A DNA stretch of 63,002 nucleotides, counting the filler, from Parasitella parasitica NRRL 2501 (Eukaryota > Fungi > Mucoromycota): the NCBI GenBank assembly GCA_025201805.1. It is 9 parts of 9 records of this genome, joined end to end, with 100 filler letters (N's around TTAATTAATTAA, not from the genome) between each part and the next. Parts side by side here need not be neighbours in the genome. Positions count along the whole stretch, not along the records: positions 1 to 25,610 come from MU619381.1; 8 more parts are not named here. One strand, 5' to 3'. Numbering within the stretch: the first letter of the stretch is position 1; the number at the start of each line of letters is the position of its first letter. Below the pieces are notes generated by a model, which had not been told where the DNA came from, made no database searches, and saw nothing but the letters and a program-made list of their open reading frames with translations. Positions 11,592 through 25,610 of the stretch are shown here, piece after piece. The position numbers and the translations under genes are program-made.

Positions 11592-12780
11592 TCACTTCAA
11601 TATATCACCAATGTCACTACGAGGCACCCAGCATACCAAAGGCGTACTACCGCCTCGATAATGAGCTTGTATATGATAAAACAAAAGCCCATCGATATCA
11701 TATGAAAATCCCTGTGTTTTAAGATACTGTTCAGGATCATCAACGACTGCCTGTGTTTCACTTGTTGATACTGGTGTTATAGGTATAAATTTGTAAAATT
11801 GATTTTGGCCATCAGATTTGTCTAATTCATTCGACTCCAATTTTGTTTGTAGCCAGAAATGTCTGTAAAAAGGGGGTAATTAGATAGCATTTGCTAAGCA
11901 GAGCTAGCACAGAATATACCTGAAACTAGTATCGCAATTGTACAAAGGGTGTCCTCTCCAACACATAATATCCAGCACATAAAATGTCCAGTGAACTGCA
12001 TCGTAAACACAATCAAGGATACAGAAATCAGATGTACGATTCATCCCAGATCCATTAGGAAGTAACGATTGGAAGCGAGCCAATATGCTCCCTCCTCTGG
12101 ATCGAGCAATCGTTTGTCCCTTGCCAGAGGTAACAAGGCAACGCTTTCCCTTTGGACATATCATTAATATCCAGTCTGTCAGTAAGTCTTGCGGCACAGA
12201 CTCCATTGTCTCTGCGTACATGATCTGATTGCTATACACGCAGACAAATAGGTTAAAAACAACACAAACCCAGAGCTTAAATGTAATACTTGCGCATGAA
12301 TTTTGTTCTGGTTCTTTTTTTCATTCTTTTTCTTGGGCATTGTCTTGAAAATCTTGCCAACCTCTTCCATATCCTCATCTGAATCCCTAAATCTTTTGCT
12401 TGCGACAGCTGTTTCTTCTTCGGAATAGAAAGAAGAGTCATCTTCGAGAGCTGTACTTGGTGTGATTTGCCTTGCTTTATTTATCGTCGTTTGTCGTTGC
12501 TAAAAGAGACCTGAATTAATCACACATGGCCTATCCACGGCAATTGTATTATTACCTGTTTTTGCAATTCCAAGGCTTCTAGTCGTCTCTTTTCTTGTGT
12601 TTCTGATCGAGAACGGTTTGTAAGAGGAGAGCGAAAGCTCTGAAATGAGTCAAGTCGACTATCATTATCATCTGCAGAAATACGACTAAACTTGAAGGAC
12701 AATTCGGATAATTTAGCCTCTTGGGATTCTTGTTCATCTTTGACAGGGCTTTCAAAGGTAAATCCCTTAAAATCTGGCAT
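11592..12780 (-). CDS. SNUPN: Snurportin-1 (m3G-cap snRNP import adaptor), spliced
   Basis: N-terminal IBB-like 'QEKRRLEALELQK'; 'CPKGKRCLV', 'ILDCVY', 'YVLDIMCWRG', 'IDGLLFYH...Y..GSTPLVCW'. Confidence 0.9.
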
Positions 12781-12972
12781 TTTTATCAAACAAGCAAAGC
12801 AGCAGCAGCGAGCTAACTGAAACTTGGCCTTTTTATATGACGGTTTAATCGTGTATGGAGGAAGTACAGGTGTGCATTTAGCACGACAGCAAGCCTACAA
12901 ATAAAAGTTCAAAGGTTCTGATTTTCATGAAAAAAAATTGCATCAATCTTTTTCTGTCATCGATAGTATAGA

Positions 12973-13517
12973 ATGGCAAGTAAACGCTATTTATCTTTTA
13001 TTATGAGATCTCTTTATTGAATATTATCATAATTTTTACGAATAGGGTAAAAGGAAGACCAAGAGAAAGCCTCAAAAGAAGCTCAAGGATAAACTAGACG
13101 TTCAATTCAACTGTCTTTTTTGTAATCATGAAAACAGTATTGAATGTAAAATGTAAGCTGTCAAAAACTTATGGATTTCGGCCATTCGCGTTTTGTATCT
13201 AAACCTCATGCAGTGATCATTCCAATAAGGTGGGCATCTTGACTTGCAAAATCTGCAGTGTATCATGGCAATGTCCCATTACTTGTAAGTTGTGCTGATA
13301 CAAAAAAGATGAAAAAAAAAAAAAAAAAGGACATACTGACCATCGGTTAGATTTGGATGAACCTGTGGACGTTTACTCGGCTTGGATTGACGCCTGTGAG
13401 GATGTAAATCAAAAAAGACGTATGAAAACAGCACAAACATCCCGAGAAAGTAGAGGCGATTCGCCGCCTCAGGATCGATTGGACCCTTTTGACGAAGACG
13501 ATGATGAAGATTATTAA
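12973..13517 (+). CDS. ELF1: Transcription elongation factor Elf1 (zinc ribbon), 4 exons; absent from the ORF track
   Basis: Spliced product M|[35 protein letters not shown]...[17 protein letters not shown]|..[16 protein letters not shown], with an acidic tail. Confidence 0.92.
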
Positions 13518-13621
13518 ATAATAAAAGAAAATATCTTTTTGTGAGTATATATGTGTAGTTTTTATTTGATATTTTCGGTGGTTTTAGGAGGGTAAAGACG
13601 CAAGGGCTACACTTCTATAAT

Positions 13622-15049
13622 TTATTGTTGAGCACAGCGGACGCCGCCATGATCTTCGTCGTCTTCTTGGTCATCTTCCTCGTAAACATTACGTGACTGA
13701 CTTGACGCACCAAACGACTCCATATTAGCATCTATTAAATTACATTCGTCGATGATTTCTTGTTCGGGCTCTGTGGTTGGGCGTTTGGGCAGAATAGATT
13801 CTAATTTGGAGTAATCAACAGTAAAGTTATCAGGAGGAAATTCAACGTCAAACACTATGTAGAGATCGCCACGAGCATCAGGTCGCTTATACGTAGGCAT
13901 GCCCTCATTCGGAATACGCTTGACCATACCAGGCTTGATGACATGACCAGCAGGTTGTTTGACTTGAATGCCGCGACCATCCAGATGTGTCACAATGGCT
14001 TTATCAAAACCACAAAGTGCTTCAATTAACGAAATCTTTACGTGGCAGAGTAAATCGTTTCCTTCGCGAGTAAAAGTGCCATGCTCCTTTTGCCCCAAGA
14101 CCAAGATGATATCTCCAGGCTCAACCCCAGGCTCTTGGTCACCCTCACCCTTCATGACAATTTTTTGGCCATCTTGCATACCCTTTTCGATGAAGACTTC
14201 AAGGTATTTCTTTTGGCCCGTGACCTTCTTGCCCTTACACTTCTTACATCTATCTTTTGCAATTTCGCCAGTATGATCACATTCAGCACAAGGAACTTGC
14301 ATTTGTTGAATCATACCCATGCCGACTTGACGCATAACAACTTGGAAGCCACGGCCTTTGCAAGCTCCACACTTTTTAGTAGCACCAGTCTTGCCGCCCT
14401 TGCCTTCACAATTGGAGCAAATGACACTCTTCTGCAATGCCAACTTTGTCTTTTTACCTAGATACAAATCTTCCAGCGTAACATTGAGAGGAGAATTTGT
14501 GCTTTTGCCTCTACGAGGACGACGAGGCATGCCATGACGATGGAAATCGTCCCCACCGAAATCGAACCCCATCCCTCCACCTCCTCCACCAAACAGATTG
14601 GCAAACAAATCATCCGCAGACATGCCATAACCTCCTGCTCCTCCTCCAGGTCCATCTTCACCGAATCTGTCGTAGCTAGCACGACTTTCAGGATCAGAAA
14701 GAATCTCATATGCATGTGAGATTTCTTTGAACTATTAGCCATTTCAATTAGTAATGTATCTCAAGGTGATCTTGGGATGTCCGGCCTTACTCTTTCGCCT
14801 TCATCAGGGTTTTTATCAGGGTGGTATTTCATAGCCTAGGGAGCAGAATGAGTGAATTAATGACATTGGGCCTATTGAATGACGAACATAAAAGCTGTAC
14901 CAATTTTCTGTATGCCTGTAAATTTGGATTTAGATAGTTAGTCAAAGGGAAAGACGTTTAACTGTGCTGGGCTTTACTCTTTTGATTTCATGGTCAGAGG
15001 CGTCTGTTTCCACCTCGAGAATCTCATAATATCTACTCTCAACAGCCAT
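13622..15049 (-). CDS. Type I Hsp40/DnaJ co-chaperone (Ydj1/Xdj1/DNAJA family)
   Basis: J-domain exons (YYEILEV, KYHPDKNP, FKEISHAYEILSD), G/F region, CxxCxGxG zinc repeats, C-terminal CAQQ CaaX box. Confidence 0.93.
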
Positions 15050-15741
15050 GTTTAATTGCAAACTAAGATGGAAATCAAGTATGCAGAATGAAGAAGGGAA
15101 AGTAGGAAAGAAAAAAAGATTTTACAATTTTTATACCATGTCTAATAGCGGACGCATCTAAAAGAAGAAAGTCACCGACAACAACGCAGGTTTAGCTTCA
15201 GTGAGCATGCGTATCGTCTGTGTGGACCACTTTATGCGACATATCTACTCATTGATTGCACTAGACTTGTTACGGTATCATAACATCGACTCAATTAACA
15301 TCGTGGCAAGAAACTGCTATCGCCGAGTGCCAATCAATCAGATTTATTATTGTTGCACAATGTGCATGAAAAGCACTGCTTTCACACATCCTGGCACTAT
15401 TTTATCAATATAAATAAAAAGTCTTTTATGGTTTGAATCAATAATCCAATGAGTATCTACCCTCAATACAAATTCAATCAACACTAAATGTCAATAGAAA
15501 TACAGCTGGGCCATTGCTTCACGGATTGAATACACTTGAAACTATGTGCCTAGAAAGTTGATGAAGCTTATAGTGTTGTTTATTGGGTACATCCACCTCA
15601 CTTCAAACAAGCAATCTTCACAAAAAAAAAAAAGTCACTTTTTTTCTTTAAAAAAAAAAAAAAAAAAAAATTGCATCCATGATACTGATTTGACATTTCC
15701 CATTAATAAAAATCTCTAGAACCAAGATAGCATAAAATAAG

Positions 15742-16889
15742 ATGGTACAGTAATGCTTTGCAATTTGTTACAGATTCATATCATCTCACAGACTTGTAAA
15801 AGATTCGCAGAAATACTCGTCTTCGTAGAGAATATTTGTACAAGAAATCCTTGGAGTCCAAGGAACGCACAATCTATGATCGCAAGCAGAAAATCAAAGA
15901 AGCCATTGAACGTAAGCAAACGGTACATAGCAATAAAGAACGCTTATGTAGATGCTAATTGTGCTGTAAAAGAGGGAAAAGCTGTACCCACTGAATTGAG
16001 AGATATGGATAAAGCAAGCAAAGAGGATCTCGGTTATGACCAAGCGCAACAAGAGCCCTCCAGCCATGAGGACGACGAATATGCTCGTGGAGGTGTGTAC
16101 GACCCCAAGATTTTGATTACAACATCTAGAGATCCCAGCAGTCGTCTACAGCAATTCTCAAAAGAGATGCGTCTTGTATTCCCCAATTCTCAGCGTATCA
16201 ATCGTGGTGGACATGTCATGAAGGAGATTGTCGATGCTTGCAGAGCGAATGAGGTGACGGATCTGATTGTTTTACATGAGCATCGTGGCCAGCCAGACGG
16301 TATGATCGTTAGCCATTTCCCTTATGGTCCTACGGCTTATTTTTCGTTGCATAATGTGGTTCTTCGCCACGATATCAAGGATCAAGGCACCGTATCTGAA
16401 GCATTCCCTCATTTAATATTTGAAAACTTCAACTCAAAATTAGGCGCCAGAGTAAGTTTACATTTCTTATGGCTCGTAAGCATTTGACTGATGATTTCGT
16501 AGATTACTAATATCCTGAAATTCCTATTCCCTGTTCCCAAAGATGACACAAAACGTGTAATGACCTTTTGCAACGACAATGACTATATCTCATTCAGGTA
16601 ATTCAGAGAATGTTCGAATGTGCTGAAAGCAGCCTGTGTATCTAATCTTATGGCTAGACATCATGTGTATGTAAAGGCGGCTAATCAAGTGGAGTTGGCA
16701 GAGGTTGGCCCTCGCTTTGAATTGCGACGTAAGTAGAACATTCTTTTCGTATTGCAGTCAGTAGAGACTAAATGCCAAATTTAAATAGCATATGAAATTA
16801 GACTGGGCACGGTTGATTTAACAGATGCTGATGTAGAATGGCAACTAGCTTCATTCACTAGAACAGCAGCCAAAAGAATGGAGTTGTAG
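15742..16889 (+). CDS. IMP4: U3 snoRNP protein Imp4 (Brix domain), spliced
   Basis: M|IRRNTRLRREYLYKKS; DPKILITTSRDPSSRL; LHEHRGQPDG; HFPYGPTAYF; ELAEVGPRFEL. Confidence 0.95.
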
Positions 16890-17039
16890 ATTGTCGTCCA
16901 ACTTGTACAAACTTAATAAATACGCAATATCATTAGAATGTAAATGCCTGATCTGGATGTCAAAAGAGAGTACTGTATATAACATGGGTCCTTTTACTTC
17001 TTTTTCCTTTTTCTTCTTTTCACAATTACATACTTATAA

Positions 17040-17225
17040 ATGACAGAAACTAATAAACAGCAAGTGCCTCTGGATGCTGAAGGGAAGCCTCTAAAGCCTT
17101 GTTGCGCTTGTCCGGAAACTAAGAAATCTAGAGATGCTTGCGTTATGGAGAAAGGAGAAGAAAATTGCAAAGATTTAATTAAAGCTCATTTAGCCTGTAT
17201 GCGTAGCCTTGGCTTCAAGGTCTAG
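17040..17225 (+). CDS. COX17: Cytochrome c oxidase copper chaperone Cox17
   Basis: [37 protein letters not shown], twin CX9C. Confidence 0.96.
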   Translation: MTETNKQQVPLDAEGKPLKPCCACPETKKSRDACVMEKGEENCKDLIKAHLACMRSLGFKV

Positions 17226-17341
17226 AAAACATGTTATCGTACTCTCCTGTATTACCATTTTAAGCGAACAAAAGAAAATTGAGGATATATATAAATACAT
17301 AAAATCTGACAAATAAAAAAGAACAAGCTTAATAAAGTAAT

Positions 17342-18417
17342 ATGATTATCAAAGAACAACTTTTTATTGTCACTGGAGGGTATAGCTACTTTATACTATT
17401 TCCATATGGGCGAATTATAACCAACAATTTGTATAGAGCAAGGGGATTAGGTGAACAAGTAGTTCGTTCACTGATAAAACACGGTGCCTTTGTTTCTGTT
17501 GGTTTTTATCTATCACAGAGTCAATGGATTCTATTTTCGCTCACCTCTTATGTGTAGATATTAGACATTAATGTCGAATTATCCCATAAACTAATGGACG
17601 AACTAGGCCAAGACAAATGCTATTCCCATGGCCGGACTGATGTATCCAACGAGGTATGCGGTTTTATGTGTAGCGTAGTAGTGGAGTATTGTACAGTGGC
17701 ATTGCTTAACTTTATCTGTCAATAGGCAGATGTGGACATTGCTCTAGACAAGACCTTGGCTCATTTTTCAAATATCACTCTGGGAGGCGCTGTACTTTGC
17801 AGTGGCATTGTTTCGCCACCTAAAGCAATTGAGGGTTATGGGCCTGATCATTCACTGACTAGCTACCAGCAATTTGAGCATATAATTAAGGTTAATCTCC
17901 TGGGTACCTATTGTGTTGCACAGAAAGTTGCCAATGTACTCTTAAAAAATGAACCGAAAAATCAAGATGGCGAACGAGGCATAATTATCACTGTGTCGTC
18001 AATACTTGGGTTGGATGGGCTGATTGTCGGATATGGTACTTCCAAAGGTAATATCCCTAGAGGAATAGTGACAGCAAAGACGAGGCACTCATTTTTTTTT
18101 TCCCCCAAAATCAAGCCGGTATTAGCGGCTTGACACTGCCGCTCGCAAAGGAGCTGTCGCCGTTTGGTATTCGGGTTATGAGTGTTGCGCCTGGTGTTTT
18201 CGGTAAGTCTGTCACTTCTCATTGTATGTCATGCACTAACGATCATGTCATGACAGATACCCCTATTGTGGATAGATCTTCAAAAAATACTCGATTGCCT
18301 CCGTTTCCTAAGCGACTAGGAGATCCAATTGAATTTGCTGATTTGGTGTTACAAATTATCCAAATGCCCATGCTAAATGGCTCCACCATAAGATTGGATG
18401 GTGCTTTAAGAGCTTGA
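17342..18417 (+). CDS. Short-chain dehydrogenase/reductase (HSD17B10/3-hydroxyacyl-CoA dehydrogenase type II-like), spliced
   Basis: VTGG|ARGLG Rossmann motif, VNLLGT, DGERGIII, YGTSK catalytic YxxxK, LTLPLAKEL..GIRV, LNGSTIRLDGALR. Confidence 0.88.
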
Positions 18418-18533
18418 AATAATGTTCACATGTCGGACTTGGCTCCTCCCAGCTTTAGAATGACTAATAAAATCAGTTTATTTCTCACAATCTTTTTGTT
18501 TCCTTCCTTCTATACTTGTATTATATTTCCAGA

Positions 18534-20921
18534 ATGTCTTTTATGGGTGAGGGAGGTGCTGACTGTGGACCAGTCAATCCTATGGCTGGCCTTATGAAAC
18601 AATTTGGACAGGACAGATCTCTTCAACAAGTAATGCTTCTGATACTATACCAAGCTTTTTATATATATACATATATATATATACACTAACATCTCGACTT
18701 TATATAGGATCGTTTTGGCCCTGAGCAAAGAGGCGAAAGCTCCAAGGTAATGAATAAAACCTTGCTATGATTAAATAGGCTTTTTGCGTTAATTTGGACT
18801 CTTTTAGCCCTCTTTTCGTACTCGAAATGCAAACTTTGTGCCTGGAGGAGGTTCTTCGGTAAGATGGAAGCAGGTCCTCTTACGTTCGTTCTAATTGCTT
18901 GTTTAACCTAGATGAGCGAGGATTTCTTAAGAGATGGAGCTAACATGGAAAGACCAAATACGAATGTTTTTGAATTCAATGGGCTTAATCGTGAATTAGA
19001 GATGATGCAGCAACCACACCAACCATTGCCCCAGGCAGTAGCAGCAACACAAGTGCCTGCAAACTGGGCGGCAGACTTTATGCAGCATCAGCCCATGAGC
19101 CATGCTCCACAACAGTTTGATGAATTCGAAAAAGTCTACCAAGAACGGAGCCAGCAACGGCAACAAATTGTGCATGGAGCCAATTGGAACGAGGAATTCG
19201 AAGCATTTCGAGCCAGCCATCATCCTGGTCATTTTTCGACTCAACATGAGAGGGCTGCTTTCGAAAGAGCTTTTGATGAGGCTAAACAGGGAGCACCGCA
19301 AGCAGTAAATTGGGAGCAGGAGTTTGCAGCACAGGAATCGTGGGCTACAGAATTTGAGCAAGAACAGAACAAACCGACTGTGGTCAACAATGACAACGAT
19401 GCTCTTGCTAGAACAGCAGCCATGCTGTTGGATTCAGTCGACACAGAAGCCAATCCTAAATTCAAAAACTCTCAGTTTATGAACTTGATGCGTAAATTAA
19501 GAGACAGCGAAGTAACTATTGAGGGTGATAAAATGGTCGAAACTGGTAAATTAGCTGGCGCTGCAAACAATGATTGGGCCAGTGAATTTTCACAGCATGC
19601 TGGTTCTGCACGTAGTGGCAATATGTGGTCTGATGAATTTGCTGCCAAAGCAGAAAGGGGCTGGACATCAGAATTCCACCACGAACAAAATCAACATCAA
19701 CAGCCTGGTGATTGGGCCTCAGAATTTTCAGTAAACCAGCCCCAGATGGAACAAATCTTTGGAAAAGGCTCCGAGATGGACGACTGGGTTCAGCAGTACA
19801 ACAAGAATATAGCTCACTTAAAGGATGCTCAAGATCACGAATGGGACTCGATGCAGAAGGATTGGGAGCGCTTCAAACCTGAGCAAGGCATGGGCTATCG
19901 TGCAACAAACCCTGAATACAATGTGTACAATTTCACAACCAACAACCCCTATTTAATCAACCCTCAGGCCATAGATGATGTGGATCATAGCAATTTGGCG
20001 GTTTCAATTCTAGCCATGGAAGCAAAGGCTCAATTACAGACGTCAGATGCAGGTGCATGGAAAACGTTGGGTCTTCGACAACAAGAAAATGAAAGAGATG
20101 GTGCTGCCATTGCTGCATTACGGAAGGCGTTAGAAATGGATCCTTCTTTGCTAGATGGATGGCTGGCTTTGGCTGTTAGTTATACCAACGAAAATTGTCG
20201 CGCGGATGCCTACGATGCTTTGGAGCAATGGATTGCCAACCATGAGCATTATAAGCATTTGGCTAATGGGAAGGCCAAGGCTGGACCAGAGGGTCGCCAT
20301 GCGTACATCACCAATACGTTTTTAGAAGCAGCTAGAAGTTCTCCTGGTGTAGAAATGGATGCTGATGTGCAAGTAGGTTTGGGCGTTTTATTTAATGTTT
20401 CCGAGGAGTATGAAAAAGCCATCGACTGCTTCAAAGCTGCTTTGGCTAGCAAGCCTCAAGATTATTTGCTGTGGAATAAGCTCGGTGCTACTTTGGCTAA
20501 TTCAAGAGATTCTGCAGGTGCTATTGAGGCCTATTTCAATGCTCTAGAGATTAGTCCTACCTATGTTCGTGCAAGATACAATTTGGCTATCAGCTGTATC
20601 AATTTGGGTCAACATCGCGAAGCAGCAGAGCATTTGCTCACTGCTTTAGCTTTGCAACAGTCTAATGATGGCAGTAATGGTGCTGGGGGCTCTGTCATGA
20701 TTGATGATCATGGTAATCATGTGAGCGTCCCTGGAGGTATGGGCGATAACGTGTGGGGCAGTCTTCGTATGCTCATGTTAAAGTAAGATGGGGGAGGAGG
20801 AAGATCTCATAATATTTTTCTGACACTTTCTTTTTGTGGCCGTAGCATGAATCGTGAGGATTTGGCTAGACAATGTGATAACCACAACTTAAATGCGTTT
20901 CGCTCCGAATTTGAGTTTTGA
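18534..20921 (+). CDS. PEX5: Peroxisomal targeting signal 1 receptor Pex5
   Basis: N-terminal conserved Cys (ADCGPVNP), many WxxxF/Y motifs, TPRs (LWNKLGATLANS, YVRARYNLAISCINLG). Confidence 0.96.
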
Positions 20922-21055
20922 ACAACGAGTAGCTACTCCCACAACAGAAACTAGAACATACCATCGAAACACAGACCCTGCTAACTATGTATGGAAGCCG
21001 CCTTTTACATGTATATTTCCAAATCATGATTTTACTTGATTAAAATTTGATATTC

Positions 21056-23159
21056 TCAGTATATGATTTGCTCTGGATCATCACTATTAAAAATTGTATA
21101 AATTTTTTTTGACATGACTCTGTTGATCTTTCGGTCTCTTGATCTCAGGGCACTTCTCTCTACTTCTAGGTCAGCAAGTAATAGCTCTCCGTCAGCAACA
21201 TTCCTCCGCTGATACGATCGATGCAAGGATTGAAGTGTTGGATAGGAGCTGGAGATACTATTTGCGATGGCCGGTGTACACAATTGGATCTCTTGCAGCA
21301 TCTTCAAATAAGTGTCCTTGGCACCTCTGCCACATTTACCCGCTTTATACACATTGTTAATGTTTTTCGTCTTGTACCTTCCTAATGCCAAATCAGTAGT
21401 CAAACTCTCTATCCAGCTTGCTGTATCTTCATCGTCTTTTGTAGGGACCAGCATGACACTGCGTATTAATTGCAAGTAGTTTAGACATTCTTCTACATCA
21501 CTTTGTTCAAGTCCATCTTCTAAAGTTACTAAATTATTCTTTCTTTTGCTACTAGTGTTAGAAGACCCTTCTGCTGCATCGAACGAATTACGAACTTGTG
21601 TCTCAAACTGGCGTCTTTTCAGAAGCATTTTCTTTTTATAATACACTTCAAGTCCCTCAATTAAAAGCATAATTTGACGCCCATCACAATCTCTTTCAAT
21701 AACATCAATGTATCTATCAACAGTCTTGTTCTGTATGCGTTTGATGAATTGGGGCATATCAACATAGACAAGCACCACAGGTTCCTGAACAATTTTTGTT
21801 GTAGATATGGGAATGAATGCCTGACTATCTTGATCCCACTCAGAGTTGGTTTTGCGTCTCCAGCTCAGGGTATATGATGGATTTGGATTTGTCATCGTTA
21901 AATCTTGTATTTCTGCTTGTTTTCCCATTAATACCAGCTCAAGTAATTGCCCAGGCTTTGTTTTCAGAAAATCCGGGTGAATATCTACAATGATTTCCTT
22001 CAATATCTCATTTCTGTCAGCTCGAATTCTGTTTTCTTTTTCAAATAAAGTCTTGCGCTCCTTGTCCAGCTAACTAATCCGTTAAATAAAAAAAAAAGGG
22101 GAGGGGGTGGAGAATCGTATGATAACGACATTTAATTCATTAATACCTGCTTTTGTTCTTTTAATTTCTGCTTTTCTTGCAGCATTTCCATCTTTTTTCG
22201 CTTTTTTTCTTCGGCTACCTGCTCTCGTCTACCCTTTCTTTCTTCGCTCTCTTTTCTCTTTCTTTCAATTGCTGTCATAGCTTCAACATCTGGAGTCAGA
22301 ACATCATCATCGTCTAAGCGACGGCGACGGTTTCGAGCAGGCTCTATAGGTACATCAAAATCAGTAGCTCGCCGTTTTCCTTTTCTGTCCTTGATAATTG
22401 GCGAAATAGTCTCGATAGCATCACCATCGTCATTGTCGTCAAGTTCTACCACTGGTGTTGCAGGCTTTTGTATTAAAAGATCGTCGAAAAAGTCTGAGGC
22501 TGACGGTAATTCATCTATCATATCATCTACATCATCAAAATGTGTCCCAAAGATACTAGTGGGCTCTTCCTCTTTTTGATCATTGGGAGCTAGTCCCATG
22601 TCATCTTCCAATGATAAAAAAGATGGTTGAGATGACGGTGGATCATTGCTGTTGTCATTTTCTGCATTATCGTCTATAACGGAAAACAGATTGCTTGTCT
22701 CAGCATCTGGAGGTACATTAATAGCATCATGAGATACGTCTTTGGTCTGTATTTGATTTGCTGTAGTTTCCTTATCGTCTATGGCTCTTTGAATAGAAGG
22801 CGTATCATACAACAGTTCGTCAAAACTATCTTGTAATGAGATTGGCTTCGAATTTAACGTGGGCAATGGTTTTATTGATTGCGATAGTCCCTGATCATTA
22901 TCGTCGTCCGAGTCTATGATTAAGACGGCTGATTTTGATGGGTCTCGCTCTGTACCATCAAGAAACTAATCACCACTCCAGCGTCATTTTTACACAAAAT
23001 AAGGCATCTTGGTAGAAGACTTACCTGACCATCAAAAATTCTATTTAGAGTTGCCTCGACGCTTTTTGTAAGCTTCAGGTCTAATATGACGTCTGATCGG
23101 CTTTTCGAGCAGTCAATAGCAAGAACTTGTTGCACTAATTCCTCCAAATTATCCATCAT
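21056..23159 (-). CDS. EME1: Crossover-junction endonuclease subunit Eme1/Mms4 (inactive ERCC4 domain), spliced
   Basis: Acidic N-terminal region, 'LLIEGL', 'VEECLNYLQL', 'YLKMLQEI...A.SI...YPTLQSL', 'RKINRVMSKKIYTIF'. Confidence 0.8.
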
Positions 23160-24349
23160 TATGTTGACAGCAAGAAAAAGGAAAGTAATAAACCTTTTGT
23201 GGCTGGAAACGAATTTATATTGGGAGAGTAAAGTCTTGCTGCAAGTGTAACAGTGTAATACCGTACACATCTCTTTTGATACTCGCCTTGGTCTTTAGAT
23301 CTTCTATCTCAATAGCAAGCTCTCCAATGCTGGTGGTTGCGGCAATTCTTTGAAATCTCTTCCACTGCCCCTGTAGATAATTTTCCTTCTCTGTGTGTAG
23401 CCCTATATTATCTTTTTTGGTCCAACTATCCTTCTACATTCTCATGCTTTCTAAACTACTTTCTCTTTCCTCAAAGGTGCAATACTAAATGGTTTCCTCA
23501 CTGTTTTGATAACCAAAAATCTTATCATAATCATTATTCCTTAAGATTATGTCCTGTTTAAAACATCTTTCGCCATCTGTTGTTGCTACATGCTTCATCG
23601 ATACCATAATCTATTTATTTTTACCATTATTTTAGTACATACTGTCCCTACTAATCATTCTATATAATGGCAACCGACCTAAGAATTAAAGAAACTCATT
23701 TTTGTAAAATTACTAGATAATAGATTCTCATAATAAGCAATATTATACCATAATTTTGATATATTTTCTAGTCTTTTAGAACTAGATATCGATTTTTCAT
23801 CAATAAAATACTTTATTAGATATAGCGCTGCTTTACCGCAACGGTTCCCAAGTTCGATCGCATTAGTACTGTTCTTTCAGCAGAGGTTATGACCAAATCT
23901 CTTCAAATGTCTTTTACTAATGAAAATAAAAACTGTTTTTGAACATAACTTCTGATAAATAGGTTGGCCAAGGGAAATTAAATTATGCTTATATAACGAT
24001 GCTCATGCCTGGTTTGATGGCTCATAAAAGAGGCTTTTCTATTTGGCCCTTTATCGAAGCCTATCAATGATTATGTGCAATTTTGATGTGAAAGAGTCTT
24101 TGTTATCAGCTGGTAACTTTATAAACCTAGTGCTTACTACATATCGAATGATCTACCTTGGAAAATTAGTCTATTGGACTCTAATCTATATCTTAAATCA
24201 CTAAAATAACAATAACACATTTACACAACATTTCGCTGTGCCCTTTATACTGGGAAAACAGAGATGATCTTCCATATTTAAAGAGAGCACATTCCAAATT
24301 ATACGGGACAATATTCCCTTAAATAAGAATATAAATGATTGCAGCCGTC

Positions 24350-25610
24350 GTTTTTTTGTTAAATTTAAGTTCAAGAACAACTCGATCTGTATCAATAGGG
24401 CCAGAAAGAAGCGTTTGGTATGCAGCACACTCGACAAAACACTTGTTATTAGAGATATATTTTGTTGTTTGTCAACCATTCTATCAACGAACTGAGCAAA
24501 TATTCAGATAAAGTGTAAGAAAACGAGATACTCCTAGTAACCTACAGCATATTACATTATCTATTAGCTTTAGATGTATGTCGCCCACGATTTTTGTTCA
24601 TACGATAAACTAGGAAAAAATCAGACGTTTTCGAGACTCCTTCTAAGGCACATTTTTTCTCTAGGACTACGCATGGATTTTGTCATAAACATGATGCTTT
24701 TCTTTTCAAAATGTATATCCAATTCACCATTTCGTTAAACAACGTATATTTCTACTTTCATTCCATTAAGCCATTCCAGAATTAAGTCGAAGACCTATTC
24801 CACGCCCAAAATCATAGGGAAAAAACAAAGGGGATTCATTTCAGCCCACACGAGAATTCAATTATTATCAGAAATAGTAAAACTATAGATGTGATCAACA
24901 TATTGATGGGATGGATTGTTTGGTCAACTGCATGCGTTTGTACCTACTCAGAATATAAGGTGTTTTTGCTGCGAAGCAAAAACGTCATAAATGGCAAGAG
25001 CAAAGCCGTTTGGGATATGAAAAGGTGTTTTTAAAGCCTAATATAATTAATGTGGTTTGATGCAGGATTTAAAGGCTGACAAAAAACATTTAGCAAGCAT
25101 AGGCGCAAGTTGCAATGGCAGCATCATATTTCTGAGCTTGAATTTACCACTGCGACTACAGCCCCTTAGCAGTGAAGCATCTATTTCAATTGAGGAGCAA
25201 AGCATAAACTCCATAAACAATCTGGTTATGTCTTGATATGAATCAATAGCCAAGACGCTGAAAATATGACCTGAAAAGCTATTAAAATGTAGCTATATTT
25301 TTTGGTTAAAATAAATGCCACCTAATCATGACGATCACCTTTTTCCCCGCTTAAAAGCATAATCTACAATCTCCAATATCTTCATAAACTGTTAAGCGAT
25401 AGAGACACAACCTTCAGCCAAAAACTTCTTTTTTTGCAGCGTTTTACAACATATCCGAGTTTTACGCACTTCTGGCCATTTTTCAAATTTTTCTATGTTT
25501 GGACCCCAAACCTCATATTCGATTTTCAGTTTTCAACTTTGGGTCGATCTTCAGGGTCATTTTTAGGTACGGAATTGAGGTCCAAACCAAGTATACAGGC
25601 TAATACTAGT
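24350..25610. repeat. Non-coding repeat family; diverged inverted homologues at ~40510-40770 and ~43220-43730, further partial copies ~41740-42260
   Basis: For example TTTGGACCCCAAACCTCATATTCGATTTTCAGTTTTCAACTTTGGGTC (~25500) vs its reverse complement at ~43285-43330 and ~41797-41842; parallel spurious ORFs MAIDSYQDIT/MATDVYQDIT. Confidence 0.8.

Noticed and set aside
24051-24064. 14-mer TTATCGAAGCCTAT shared with 62279-62292 beside the AT-rich core
   Set aside because: Several shared 14-mers are expected by chance in 63 kb; the match does not extend.
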